Origin: Bugula neritina
Lineage: Eukaryota; Animalia; Bryozoa
Direction of reading: 5' to 3'
Length of the DNA: 64,000 bases
Assembly (NCBI GenBank): GCA_964035545.1
Contig: OZ037768.1
Coordinates: 5,550,741-5,614,740 of the forward strand
Part shown: positions 13,101 to 24,927 of the stretch, piece after piece
How the letters are laid out: each line of letters starts with the position of its first letter
Position numbering within the stretch: position 1 is the stretch's first letter
Program-made: the position numbers and the translations under genes
The notes under the pieces: model-generated
What the model was told of the DNA's origin: nothing
Seen by the model: only the letters and a program-made list of their open reading frames with translations
Databases searched by the model: none

Positions 13101-16100
13101 ATATGGTAATTATTCCTGTCAAATCGATCCAATTACAGGATACTAGACCCAGAATGACTGAAATACATTATATTGATTTGTAGTAATAGTAAATATGTTC
13201 ACCGTGTGAACTAACCTAGGATATTCATCTTTGTATATCAGAGTCGGAGCAAACAGGAAGTAAAGATATCGAGAGAAATTCAAGCCATCATCAATAGTCT
13301 TGTCTGCATGCAACACTCGTGGAGCATTCTCCCGCACAAAAGAGTGTGCCTTCATCAATAGGCGAACCTGAAATCAAAACTTCCTTCAAAATACTCACAT
13401 TATAAAATTGGTGGTAAATTAGAGAGCCTGCTTTACAACAAATAAAAAACACATTTATAATACTTGGTAGAAAGCCATTATAAGTTAGTATAAATATATT
13501 TCATATAATTCAAAAGGACAATAAAGCTGCATTATACAATGAATCAGTGATAGTATTTAGACTTCCTTCAAAAATGACAAAAGACAATGCAAGTAAATAT
13601 TCCATAAGTACAAACTGGTACAGCTATGCACAGAGCTATACATAAAGCAATAAGCATGCTTGAAGCTATACCTGTTCAATGGCCACAACCAAAGTTGATA
13701 CGGGTGGGAGATCATATTCAGCCAGTGCCCAAACAGGAACACAAAGAAAAGCGGCTAAGTAAGCTATGTAGAACAAAAGAAACGCTCTATCCAAGAGTTC
13801 TACAGAAACAGAAATATTAGAGTGAGAGCTCTATGTGAGGTATAAATGGAGATGAAATCATATACTAAATCTGTGAACAGAAGAGCTTTGATCTGTTTAA
13901 CAAATTTAGCCCCAAAAACAAAAGGAATGGTGAATTTAACTACAGGCATAATGGCCACAGTGTTCATGCTGAAAGGTGTTAGAAATTTCCTTGTTTAGTA
14001 ATTCAGATATGGATGATAAATCATCATATAAATCATAGACATAAAGCATGAGACCTGTGATAAACTCATTTACCAGAGCAACAAGTGCAGAGGTGATGAA
14101 ATAAATTGTAACAGTTACGATGAGAGGTTCACAAGTACAATGCAAAGTGTGTGTTAGCAGTTACAGTGTGTATTACAAAGGCTATATAGTGCATATATAC
14201 AGCAGGTAGAGTTCGTATTACAGTAGCTACAGTGCATATAACTACAGGCGGTACAGTAAGTTACTTACTTGTGCTGGAAGGACGTAGTTGTCTCCACATG
14301 TTGAAGGTAGGGAAAATTGAAATAGTTGAAGTCAGCATACACAGCCAAATACTAATGACCAATGAAAACTTTCCAAATCCCCATGAGATGAGACTGAAGT
14401 CGATTACAATTCTACAAAACATGATACAAAATCATAAAGATGTAGGAATATGCGTACACAGTATGTGTACAGCTGTTAGAGGGTCTAGCTGGCATCTTGC
14501 CTTACAGCAGCAGCACACATAATCAAAAAAATTAGTCAGCAGAAAAACTCAATAAAATTAGTTGACATCGAAATAGCCTACAATTCATGTTATTGTTTTA
14601 GTAATATCAACACACAGCATGCTGGTTGTAGAGGCACACAACAAGGTACATTATCAAGTACCATTATATTCTTATTTTGGGGCTTGTGTGCTGGCAACTA
14701 AAACCTCACATCAAAAGAAAACTTTTAACTATGGTCAATCTCTATTGGTGAACAAAGCTAGCTAGTTTAGCCTGCATCTGAAACTCATGATGTTTATATG
14801 ACAATGAATATCACATGCAGCTATTAAAACCAACTTCCCACTTCATTACAACTAGCACTTCAACTTCAACACTAACAAGGGCTCTTGACAAATGTTTCAG
14901 TTATATTTAAACAGCTGATAACAAAAGTACCTAGTGACATTTTTATGTTCTTGAAAAGACTGCTTTAGCTGCCCCCACACCTTGACACACTAAGGTGAGT
15001 ATTGTGTCATGAGGCACTAGTCAGTACATATAATTATGATGACTTCATTCATTGTGACAGACTTTAAGCCAGTGCATTGTTTGCTAACATGTCATTATAT
15101 ATTTATTGAAAAACTAGTCAGGTTTTAGATGGAAAAGGAAATGTGCAGTGACGTGTATGATGTGGTGCACATGCTGAAGAAAAAATAATACTGGGCTAAA
15201 AGACCTATAAGATATTTAACTGTTTTTGGGGTTGACAGAGGCAATAGTCATTCTTGGGTAACTTTAGGATTATCTTGGATATGTTGATAAAATGGAACTA
15301 GATATTAGGACTATTTCATAATTTACAGCATTCGACATATAGCTGGACCCAGACCACATGGTTACATAGAGATTGCTGCAAAGCATTGGCCTCTTTCCAG
15401 CACAACACCATTGACTAACAGCAAACTCACAGTAACAACATATACCACCCAGACATGACATGACAACACACCTGAACCACTTGCATGAGTTGTCATGCTA
15501 CACTTACCTGCCCTGTTCTATGAGATCGTACACCACAGTCTGGACACTGAATATGATGAGTATAGCAGCAAATATGTTGTGAACCGTCTTTATATGATTC
15601 GTTCTGAGCAACTCTCTGTAGAATAAGTAAATACAAGTTGGTTACAAGATGCAGGATGCGTAGCTGACATAGAGAGTTTTAACAGTCTATTAACGAGTAG
15701 AAAACAGTTTCACGGGCAGCAGAACTAAAAACTTTACCATTGACCAACTTTGTGCAGAGATAAGTCCATTACTCACTGCTAGATAAGTTGGTGTGATGCT
15801 AGCATACATACTAAAGTAAGTTATTATTCTTACGTTAGAACAGATTCCCTGGTAGTGAAGCGCTTTTTTGTAATCCTATCTTCTGACTTACTACATGAAA
15901 ACAGATGAAAGACTTATAGAAATTATGCATTTTTAAACAAATCAGCACATTTGTGAAAAATTTATAGTAAAGAAAGTCATGAATGTCAAACTGATAAATA
16001 TTATAGAAAAGAGAAAATAGTTTCTGTTAATTTACTTCCTGTTAATTTACTTCCTGTTGATTTACTTCCTGTTGATTCACTTATTATACATACGCAGAAG

Positions 16101-17392
16101 TCCCATTCAAAGTACGCAAATGATTAAAGCCGATAACATAGTGCTTTTCTCTGAGACAACACACTATGAGCTAGCTCAACTTTTCTATACCTGGAGCTGA
16201 ATGAGAAGCTGACCCTATCTGCAACACTAGAATCATATCCTGTTTGTACACGACTTGCACTGTTAATGGCACTTTCTAGAAGGTTACGATATTCGATAGA
16301 GAACTTTTCTTGGAGTTGCCCATATGCTACCTGGAAATAGAAACTAGTAATACACACAAAACACCATTAATAAGAAATAAATATTGTATATATACATATA
16401 CCAACTGTTTGTTTCAAAATTAAATTTATTGCAATTTATATGAACTCTATTGTATTACATTGACTTCTTTACTGATGACGTTGAGTCGACTTGTAACAAA
16501 TAGGTCAGGAGTTTGTCTATGCTGCCTGTGGGAAGTTCCCATTGGACTGGCCTCTTGAGTGAGTGTACCAGTGCTGTGTTCTAAAAGCATAACAGAACTG
16601 AACTGAGAGACTAATGTCAGCTACAATATAATAAAAATACTACATACTTACAAAGTTATGTATTTCATTGCTTGTAACCCTGTTACACAATAAATGCAGT
16701 GAGGCTGAAGTAATTTGAAACCCTGGTCGTTTCAAACCATCAAGCAAAGTCTCAAACATATGATTAATTTAAACCCCTTGTGATCAACAACAGCCTAATA
16801 GTTAAAGAGGCAATGCTTATGTAACTTTACTAACCATAGGTTAGCAGAATTTGTGTTGTTTTTGTCTGATATTTGGAATTTCGGATTAAATACCTGCTTT
16901 TGAGAAACATTTGTTGTTTCCTTATGTGTTTGGTGTTTATAGCTTTAGGTAGATTATATTGAATATGTGTGTGTGGTGTGTATGTGATGTAGAGTTGTAC
17001 ACAAGCACAGGTATTTTTCAATAATCAATCAACAATAAATGTTGAACAAACATTGAAAATTTGAAGGGTGGTTTTTCGTGTTGGGTTTATTCATCATTAT
17101 TAGCAATGCATAACATATGAAACACACGATAGTTAAAATAAGCCGAGCTCACACATTTTAAATTACGATAATTCAAACTAAATTGCCAGCTCCTCGTAGG
17201 TCTGAGCTATATAAGTTCGACTGCATATAGAAACAGAGTTGTTTTGATTATGTGCTTACCATCCTCTATACTATCTTCAGACCTCAGTTCATTGGTTGAT
17301 GATTTTGAAGCTGACAAACTATCATCTTCTTCAAACTCTTTACAAGTCAATCTTTGTCGAACTGATGTACCAGAGCTGCTGATGTCTTCCAT
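10164..17392 (-). CDS. SOAT1: Sterol O-acyltransferase (ACAT, MBOAT family), ~565 aa
   Basis: 13 in-frame exons: 17392-17260, 16580-16459, 16330-16191, 15890-15834, 15615-15508, 14411-14269, 13799-13672, 13367-13216, 12567-12371, 11712-11537, 11245-11104, 10779-10637, 10220-10164. Motifs [55 protein letters not shown], catalytic SAVFHEY, and C-terminal [10 protein letters not shown]. Confidence 0.96.
12755..12928. mobile_element. Short Helitron/Helentron-like non-autonomous element in a SOAT intron
   Basis: A 19-bp stem hairpin (12865-12912) is followed 11 nt later by CTAG|T (12924-12928). On the minus strand a second small hairpin (12769-12788) precedes CTAG|T at 12759-12755. Confidence 0.5.
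16023..16082 (+). repeat. 15-bp tandem repeat, ~4 copies (CTGTTRATTTACTTC)
   Basis: CTGTT recurs at 16024, 16039, 16054 and 16069. Confidence 0.9.
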
Positions 17393-19195
17393 TTAAATAT
17401 CAACGAGGTTAATTTGAGTTAAAATCCAGACTAATAACAAAAACTGAATTAAAATAGCTTGAACTACAAATTTTAGAGTAATACATAACGGGGAAAATAA
17501 CACCGAGTATAAATATAAGCATACATTTGGTAAAAATAAAGAATTTTAGTTGTACAAAATAACACCTGCAAAGACTATGCCTTGTAGTTAATGGAACTTT
17601 TTACCAGGGCAACTGTAGGCACCCAAATAAACTTGGCACAATTGCTGAGTGTAAATTAATCTACTTACAGTTCCACTCACAAGAACCCATGACTTACACC
17701 CAGTAAATATGTATCGAGGACAAACACAGCTGTAGATTTAAAATGGGTAAAACTTTCAAGCTAACCATACAGTGGTACAATTTCACTTTATTATTATAAA
17801 TTAAAATATTACAATACTTAGAAAACAATGACCCAGTGAATGTACAAGTTGATGCTTCTACTGAAAAACTATGATCAGCTCTAACGCAAACCGGTATCAC
17901 GGCACATTCGACACATCCAGTCAAGAGAAAGAGACTCTCCAGCACTGCGGAAAAGTTTCCAATTGATGGAGCCCAAAAAAGAATTCATTGGAAAACTTAA
18001 GTGATAGTAACACCGTCTATGGTAAAACCGTGTCATGAGTTTTGTGGTAACTTTTGCCTGGCCCTAACTCTAAGCGCAAGAAGTAAGGTGGCTCCTTGCA
18101 GCTACTCTTACTGCGTTTCAACAGAATTAAAATAGTGATCAAAATCAAAATTCAGCCATCAGACTTTGACTTACTGATATTATTACACTTCATCTTATGC
18201 CTTAATGATACTTTTTACTGATGCTTACTAACTTAGTATTATACCTAATCTTATACTTATAATGAAAACCAGATAAGTTATAGTTATCCTTATAGTTATA
18301 ATCCTGGACAAGTTATAAATTATAGTAATCAGTAATGATTCTACCCTAACACTAACTTAGTCTCAGGACGATAATAATTAATCAATAATTATCTATCTGA
18401 TCATTTAAATCATAATGAGGATCAATATTGAATCCTAATAAGTAATAACTATACTATAGCTTACAGTTACAAGTCTATAACTATAAGTAAATGAAACTTA
18501 TATTGATTATGATAACCATAATGAAAATCATAATAATAATATTGAATTTGATAGTAAATTAAAATATAATTATAATAATATTAATATTATAATTCATACC
18601 ATTACCATGATGAGTTCATGAATCATTGAATGATGATCATGATAACTATAATAATTATAATGATATCATTATGATTATGAGTAAATCACTTAAAGTTAAT
18701 AACTGTAAGTGTAAGTGACTTAAACTTAAAGTTTACGATCATCATCATTATAATTATGATTAATATTATCATTATGGTAATCATAACCAGATGTATAATG
18801 AATAATCACAATCACAATGATAATCATAATGATAATGATAATATAATACTAATAGTAATACTATAACTAATACTAATAGTAATACTGATAGTATTTACTA
18901 ATACTAATAGTAATAGTAATGCTAATTTAATGAGACAAATTTAATAATAATAATTATTATTATTATGCTTAGTCGTAAGTACATTACAGTTACTTAGACA
19001 AATGCAAAGATTTATAAGCTATGCGCGAAACTAAAGCCACTGTGAAACTGAAAGTGTGCAAAAAGTCTTGGCTATGCCTATGGACTATGGTGTAAGACGT
19101 AAGCGAATATGTGAAATAAATTAACTTTTATTCGCGTTGCTCGCAGTATCGGCTACCCAAGCTTATAATAATAATAATAATAATACGTTGACTAG

Positions 19196-19347
19196 TTTTA
19201 TAAACAGCTTCAAGTTGGGGGTGACTGAATGCATTAGTTTACAGTTTTTTGAGTTTAGAGTTGGCGGTTTGAATGAGCCCCAACTCTAAACTCGAGAACT
19301 ACAAATCACTGCACTCAGTCACTCCAAAATCGGAGCTGCTTATAAAA
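19196..19347. repeat. Fold-back palindrome (MITE-like), ~68-bp arms and ~15-nt loop
   Basis: The left arm TTTTATAAACAGCTTC...GAGTTTAGAGTTGG is about 80% identical to the reverse complement of the right arm CCAACTCTAAACTC...GAGCTGCTTATAAAA. Confidence 0.85.
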
Positions 19348-21427
19348 TTATTATTATGTTTAAAGGCGGTAAGCTTCCAGGTTATTTATTACATTTGAGC
19401 AAAAGTTTGCATGCTTTTCAACTGTTTTATCAGCATTTTATCCAATTTCTTATACGAAAACACTACAAAAATGTAAGTAAAAGTGGTCATATTAGGTGTC
19501 TTGGACTTGCCCAGACTTGCCCGCGAGCGTGCCCTCCGTGTCCTATTCTGACGTGGGGATGGCAAAATAGCCCTATTGTAGCGTGAGTTTATATCGCGTA
19601 AAGTTATTAAGAAGCGGGTTTGTCACAGATTCTCGTTATTCGTAGTTCAAATCACATGAATGTTACTCTTCGGGCGGCTACTAATAACTAACGTTAGCTA
19701 CGCAACATCAAGAAAGGTAACTAATTTGACTGTTTTCAAATGGACTATTCCATTTCGCTAGTTTGTAACTTGCTGTAAATCACAAAATAATTATTTTCCC
19801 TATTTTAATTTCAATTATCATGTCGACCACACTACCAGAAAATTACTCTTAAATATGCAGTAAATGATGATTTTCAACCGTTTTGTGATGAATTATAGGT
19901 TAGTAGTTGTCTACGTAAAACCAAGTTTTAAAATTTGTAACTGAATCAGTGAAACTAAATCACAGTATCAGTATGACTATGAGTATCACTAGTCTATCAC
20001 TATGACTATGAGTATGTCTATGACTCTCACTCTAACTCTAAGTCTATGACTGTCGCCTATTGGTGAACTATTATTAATAATATTCAATGGTTATATTTAT
20101 TAATACTATTATCAGTCATAATGATAATCATATGACAGTATCAGTTACGGAGCAGAATCAGTTTCGAAACTAATACTTATAATATTAGTTATAACTATAA
20201 GTATAAGTTATACCAATAGCTATATTTATATTAATATAAATATTTATATTCATAGTAATACTAATAACAAATGTAAAATTATTATGTTAATAGTTATACT
20301 TGTAAGTTATAATATAAAACAAACGACACAAGTATTAATTTGAACTGCTGGTCTTAAAATAAAAAGTAAAATAAATAATAATATAAATAATAAAATATAA
20401 ATTATAATAATTTAATTATACTAATACTAATAGCAATACTTATACAGTAATATAATTATAATAAATTTATAAAACTTAAACAACTTTAAATTTAAGGAAC
20501 AACTTTAAATACAAACAAAGATAATATTAAATAATTATAATCATAATGATCATAACAATAAATATAATTATGATTCCAATAATTATCAATATATTATATA
20601 ATATTTAAATTATTTTAATTTATAATTATAATCATAAATTGTATAGTTATAGTGAATAAATTCAATTTGACATAACTATAATATTATAAAGCAGTCAGCC
20701 TATCTCTAATGCTGATTGAAATTCAGATTGTTATGACTGTATCATTATTCACTAACTCTAAGAGTAAGTGGCTACAATTATTAGTATCAATGTTGTGTTA
20801 GAGTACTATACCCATTGGAATTTTGATATATCCATTATATTTACAACTCTGCCTGTTACAGCTATTAATAAATTGAACCAAAATACCAACAGTGCCTAAT
20901 CATCGCCTTATTTATAAAATAATCACAATCATAATGCTCAAGTTAATAGATTGGAAATTATTGAAAATTATGTTGATGCCAATATAAATATGACATTGTA
21001 TGCATCCAAGTAGTGATGTTGTAATATATCTTGGAAGATAATTACATTATAATAAGAGTTAAATTCCTCTAAGTAACTTTTTTGCAATTATTCCTTAGAA
21101 TAACTATAACTTATACTCCTAACATTTAATAGCGCATTAGTTTTAGATTGAGCTACTAATTGTATTTATTGCATGTGAAAGTTAGTTATTCTCCGCCAGC
21201 TGCATGAATGTGACTGGTAAATTTTGTAACCTTTGGCAGTAATAACTTTGTAGCATAAATTAGACACATTTTTATGAAAATACATAATTTTAATGCTATA
21301 GCTGCTAGTAATTCTAATGGGTGTAATAATATTACTTTCACCAGCATTAATTTTTACTTTGTTCATGCTTCATAAAGCGTTTTCTAAATTCTTTTTTGAA
21401 TAAATATACATATAATGTGCTGAATAG

Positions 21428-21538
21428 ATTACATATGTTGGGGTTCTTCCTATACTGCAGCTCAGCCTACACTCCCCGCCACAAATGTTCCTAAACTACT
21501 AGCTTCATCAGGATACAGATTGATGGAGCTGTATTGAT
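21428..21538 (+). pseudogene. Possible Kolobok transposase remnant
   Basis: After an AG acceptor the frame reads YICWGSSYTAAQPTLPATNVPKLLASSG. This recalls the C...W.SQP......GNLLL...SG motif of Kolobok transposases, and it lies opposite the KolX remnant. The match is weak. Confidence 0.3.
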
Positions 21539-22139
21539 AAAAACTTCTCTTTTTAGCAGTAGAGGCATCATGAAAAAAAAGGCAAGTATTTTACTCAATA
21601 AGAATTCGGTTTTTTACTTCTACAAATTTGATAGCCTACACGATTCTATTTAAATGGAAACTGGTCTGACATAATGTGTCTGCAATTTATTAGTTATAAT
21701 ATAGTAAATACTATGCAGGCCTATAGATCAAATGGCTCAAAAAAAATTAAATAAAACATTACACAACGCTGTATTTATTAGCAATGTAATACTTAGCAAC
21801 TAATTTCACATTATTATTGTTTGCAAAGTTTCATACATCTACATATGTTTGTTCAATTCAGTGTTCTGAAGTAGAAGGTTCCAACAGCAGGGAAAAGCCT
21901 TGAACAAGATATTATGTTCTACATCTCCAACTCATTTTAACTTTGCTGGTCAGTTCATTGTGTATCTGGAGCATAGTTTTGTATTTTCAAGTAGTCCATC
22001 AGATACCTTTGTAGATAGTAAAGATTAAAATGCTTGTGCAATGATGTCCATAATGTTGAACCGATTTATTGAAACTAAAACTGTTCTTAATTATAACAAA
22101 ACTTGACAATCTTTACATAAAGAATAATGTCCTATAATC

Positions 22140-22760
22140 TATCTTCATTGTAAACAAAATTAGAAAGTTCCACACCAGCAAATTGTTTATCATCATCTGT
22201 AGGTGGAAGACGCGTGCACTCAGTTATAAAGGCAAGCTGACAGTGGTTTTCTTTGCCTTCTATGAAGATTTGGAAAGAGCCAGAAAATTAATACTCTATA
22301 ACTGCAAAACCATGTTGTAGTGTCTTGTGTTATTGATTGAATCATCTAAAAGAAAAATTGTTGTATCATTATAATTTTACTGTTAATGAATTAGCAAATC
22401 TACTTATCTTGGTAAATATATTCAAGAACAAATACTATAGTGTAACTCAGTTTTGGTTATGTGTATGCTCCTTAAGCAAATTTACAGCAGATATCAAACT
22501 ATATATTAGAGACTGATATAGGAATTAAATTTAAGCTAACCATGATGATGTAAATAGCTGTTGTATGTGACTTCGAGAACTCTGCTGGCCATGTCAGTTC
22601 AAATACACCAGGGTGATCTGTTACGAATTTCATGTCATTATTGAAATTCAGCTTTTTCAAGTGCCTCTTCACAACTCTGGCAGCATTCTGACTGCTCCTT
22701 AGCTTTCTGCGCCTAAAATTTCTTCTACTTGCACCATTCTTCTATTGGTGGAATGTTAGC
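22140..22760 (-). pseudogene. KolX pseudogene (P2X7 C-terminal Cys-rich/ballast-like domain), two exons
   Basis: Exon 22760-22541 (AG/GT bounded) gives, across frameshifts, EEWCK*...EQSECCQSCE / FVTDHPG / SRVLEVTYNSYLHHH. Exon 22345-~22140 gives WFCSYRVLIFWLFPNLHRRQRKPLSACLYN*VHA / PPTDDDKQFAG. This matches the consensus WC.C..C......E..CC...CIT.HPGF...CL...VL..AY..Y...AYR....W....LG...R.PLP.C....IR..FP......GF. Confidence 0.75.
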
Positions 22761-24742
22761 CTATAACAAACAGGTGTACCAAAGCTAAAAAAATATCTAA
22801 TTCACTGCACTAGGATATTATTCAACTCATTTAAATTTAATATATAGGAGTAAAACAATCACATAATTGTTTTTATTTTATCAGCTTTACTTTACAAAGC
22901 TGAACCATATAATTTAGTAACTTGTCACCATAATAAACTTTGTACAACATACAAATTGAAAACCTGATGTGATTGCTTTTTTAATAGAATATACATCAAA
23001 AACATGTTACTTTGATAAGCGTGTTTATAATAAAAGTATTAAACCAGTTTGAAAAAATTATTTTGTTATATAAGGGATCACAAAACTACATCATTTTAGA
23101 CCTGTAGCTCAATGTTCCTCAAGCAACGGGCTGCTATGACTAATTAATTTTCTATCATTGCATTTGATTGTTCTACTCATAGTGTATTGGCGAATTAAAA
23201 TTATTGGTAATTTAATGTATATTTTAGCTACCTCTGTACAATCAATGTCATAGTAATATCAATTAGGTTTTAAATTTCACTGAGTTTATAGTAAATTACT
23301 GCAACCGTTACATAACATTTGGCTAGTTCTCTAGTTCATTAAATAACCATACGAACTTAAATTTACAACATGACAAAACACACAAAGCAAAATTAAAATA
23401 AGCATATTATGAACCAATGTAAATGATAAGCGATAATGCTGTTATAAAACATAAATTATCAAATTGAAATAGTTATTATTACTATTAGTATTACTATCAT
23501 TATAACAACTATAACTATTATTAGTATTACTATTACTATTAGTATTAGTATTAGCAAATTAGTAGTAAAAAATGAGTAGAGCTCAACATATACAATCTAG
23601 CTTACTATAAAAGTAGAAGTAGAACTTTTAAAACTATCATCTGCATCATTATCAGAACTATGAGTAATACTAGTAGTTGTACTAATAGTAATACTAATTA
23701 TTAATACTAATAGTATCACTATGAGTATGAGACTTGGGCTGGCAGTGATTATCACTATCAGTATCAGCATCGTCATAGTCAAAAGTTACAAGAATTAGAA
23801 GCCATATTCATATTCATAGTAATAGTCAATCATTGATTGAGTTAATGTCATAGTGATACTCATACTCATAATTAATTTATACGATACTCATACTCATAGT
23901 GATAGTGATACTTCACCGTGAATTTAATAATAATTTTAATTTAATATAAATATTATTATTAATATTATCATTGTTGCTAATATTATGTCTTACTCTTAGT
24001 CTAACAGCAGCTCTATGAAGAAGTTAAACATAACTGATAAAACAAATTTCAAAAATAATACTGCAACAATCAATATAATGTATATCAAATTCAATATGCT
24101 AGCAACCTAATTTTCAGCTCACTTCATTAACTTTCCGTGCAGTATTGTGAATTGTGATGAAATAAATTTATTAATGGTGACCTTGACATCTTCGTCCAAA
24201 TGCCTTTCACGTCAAGCCCCGAACCAATTTGTAAAAATTTTGGATTTTTTACTTTTGATTATTTTTTACGAAAAGAGCTTCAAAATAAATTTTAAAAAAA
24301 GTGAGCTGTTGTCCACATGAAAAGAAATATATGAGCTAATTTTCTAAATTCAGGAAGTTACCAGAGGGTCACAATATTTTTTTAAAAAAATCTTTATTTT
24401 CACGACAAGCTCTATATATTAATATAGAAAAAAAGAAGACAACTCTTTTTTCAGATTTTTCATGTGCCACGGTCACGTCAATATCAGTGCTATTAACACA
24501 TATATTTTAATTCATTTTTTCTGGTATATTGAGTTGAGATTTTTTGTATATATTTTGTGAATGCTACTAAAAAAGTATGATCTTTTAATTAACAGTAATT
24601 GATTTTATCAAAATAACCTGGATGCTTACGATGTTTAAACCTGCGTTTAGCTGCATCGAGATTCAGTCACAACAAAAGCTATTGCATTACTAAGCTAACG
24701 GGCTAAATTCATGAGTTTATTAGGTTGCTTTGTGTATGGTAA

Positions 24743-24768
24743 CACGTGAATCCTGATCATGTGACTAA
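24743..24768. promoter_or_regulatory. E-box pair / CLEAR(M-box)-like site upstream of the M6PR-like gene
   Basis: CACGTG at 24743-24748 and TGATCATGTGACTAA at 24754-24768. A further CACGTGAC lies at ~25117 in intron 1. Confidence 0.5.
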
Positions 24769-24927
24769 TTTTAGCGATAACCTTAATCGTCATGACGGTT
24801 ACTTTTACTTTTAGACCTAGAGGCTGGAGTATTTAAATTTTTTAATACTTGTTAACACATTAGTACATTCAAAATTAAGATATTTTACAAATATATTTAA
24901 ACCAAAATTTGTAGTTTAGGTTTTAAA

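Larger units (their letters stand above)
19364..24634. mobile_element. Decayed Kolobok DNA transposon (~5.27 kb)
   Basis: TTAA at 19360-19363 and 24635-24638. Left TIR AGGCGGTAAGCTTCCAGGTTATTT matches the reverse-complemented right TIR ACATCGTAAGCATCCAGGTTATTT at 19/24. Contains a KolX pseudogene on the minus strand and a possible transposase remnant on the plus strand, with convergent poly(A) signals at ~21750-21778. Confidence 0.8.
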
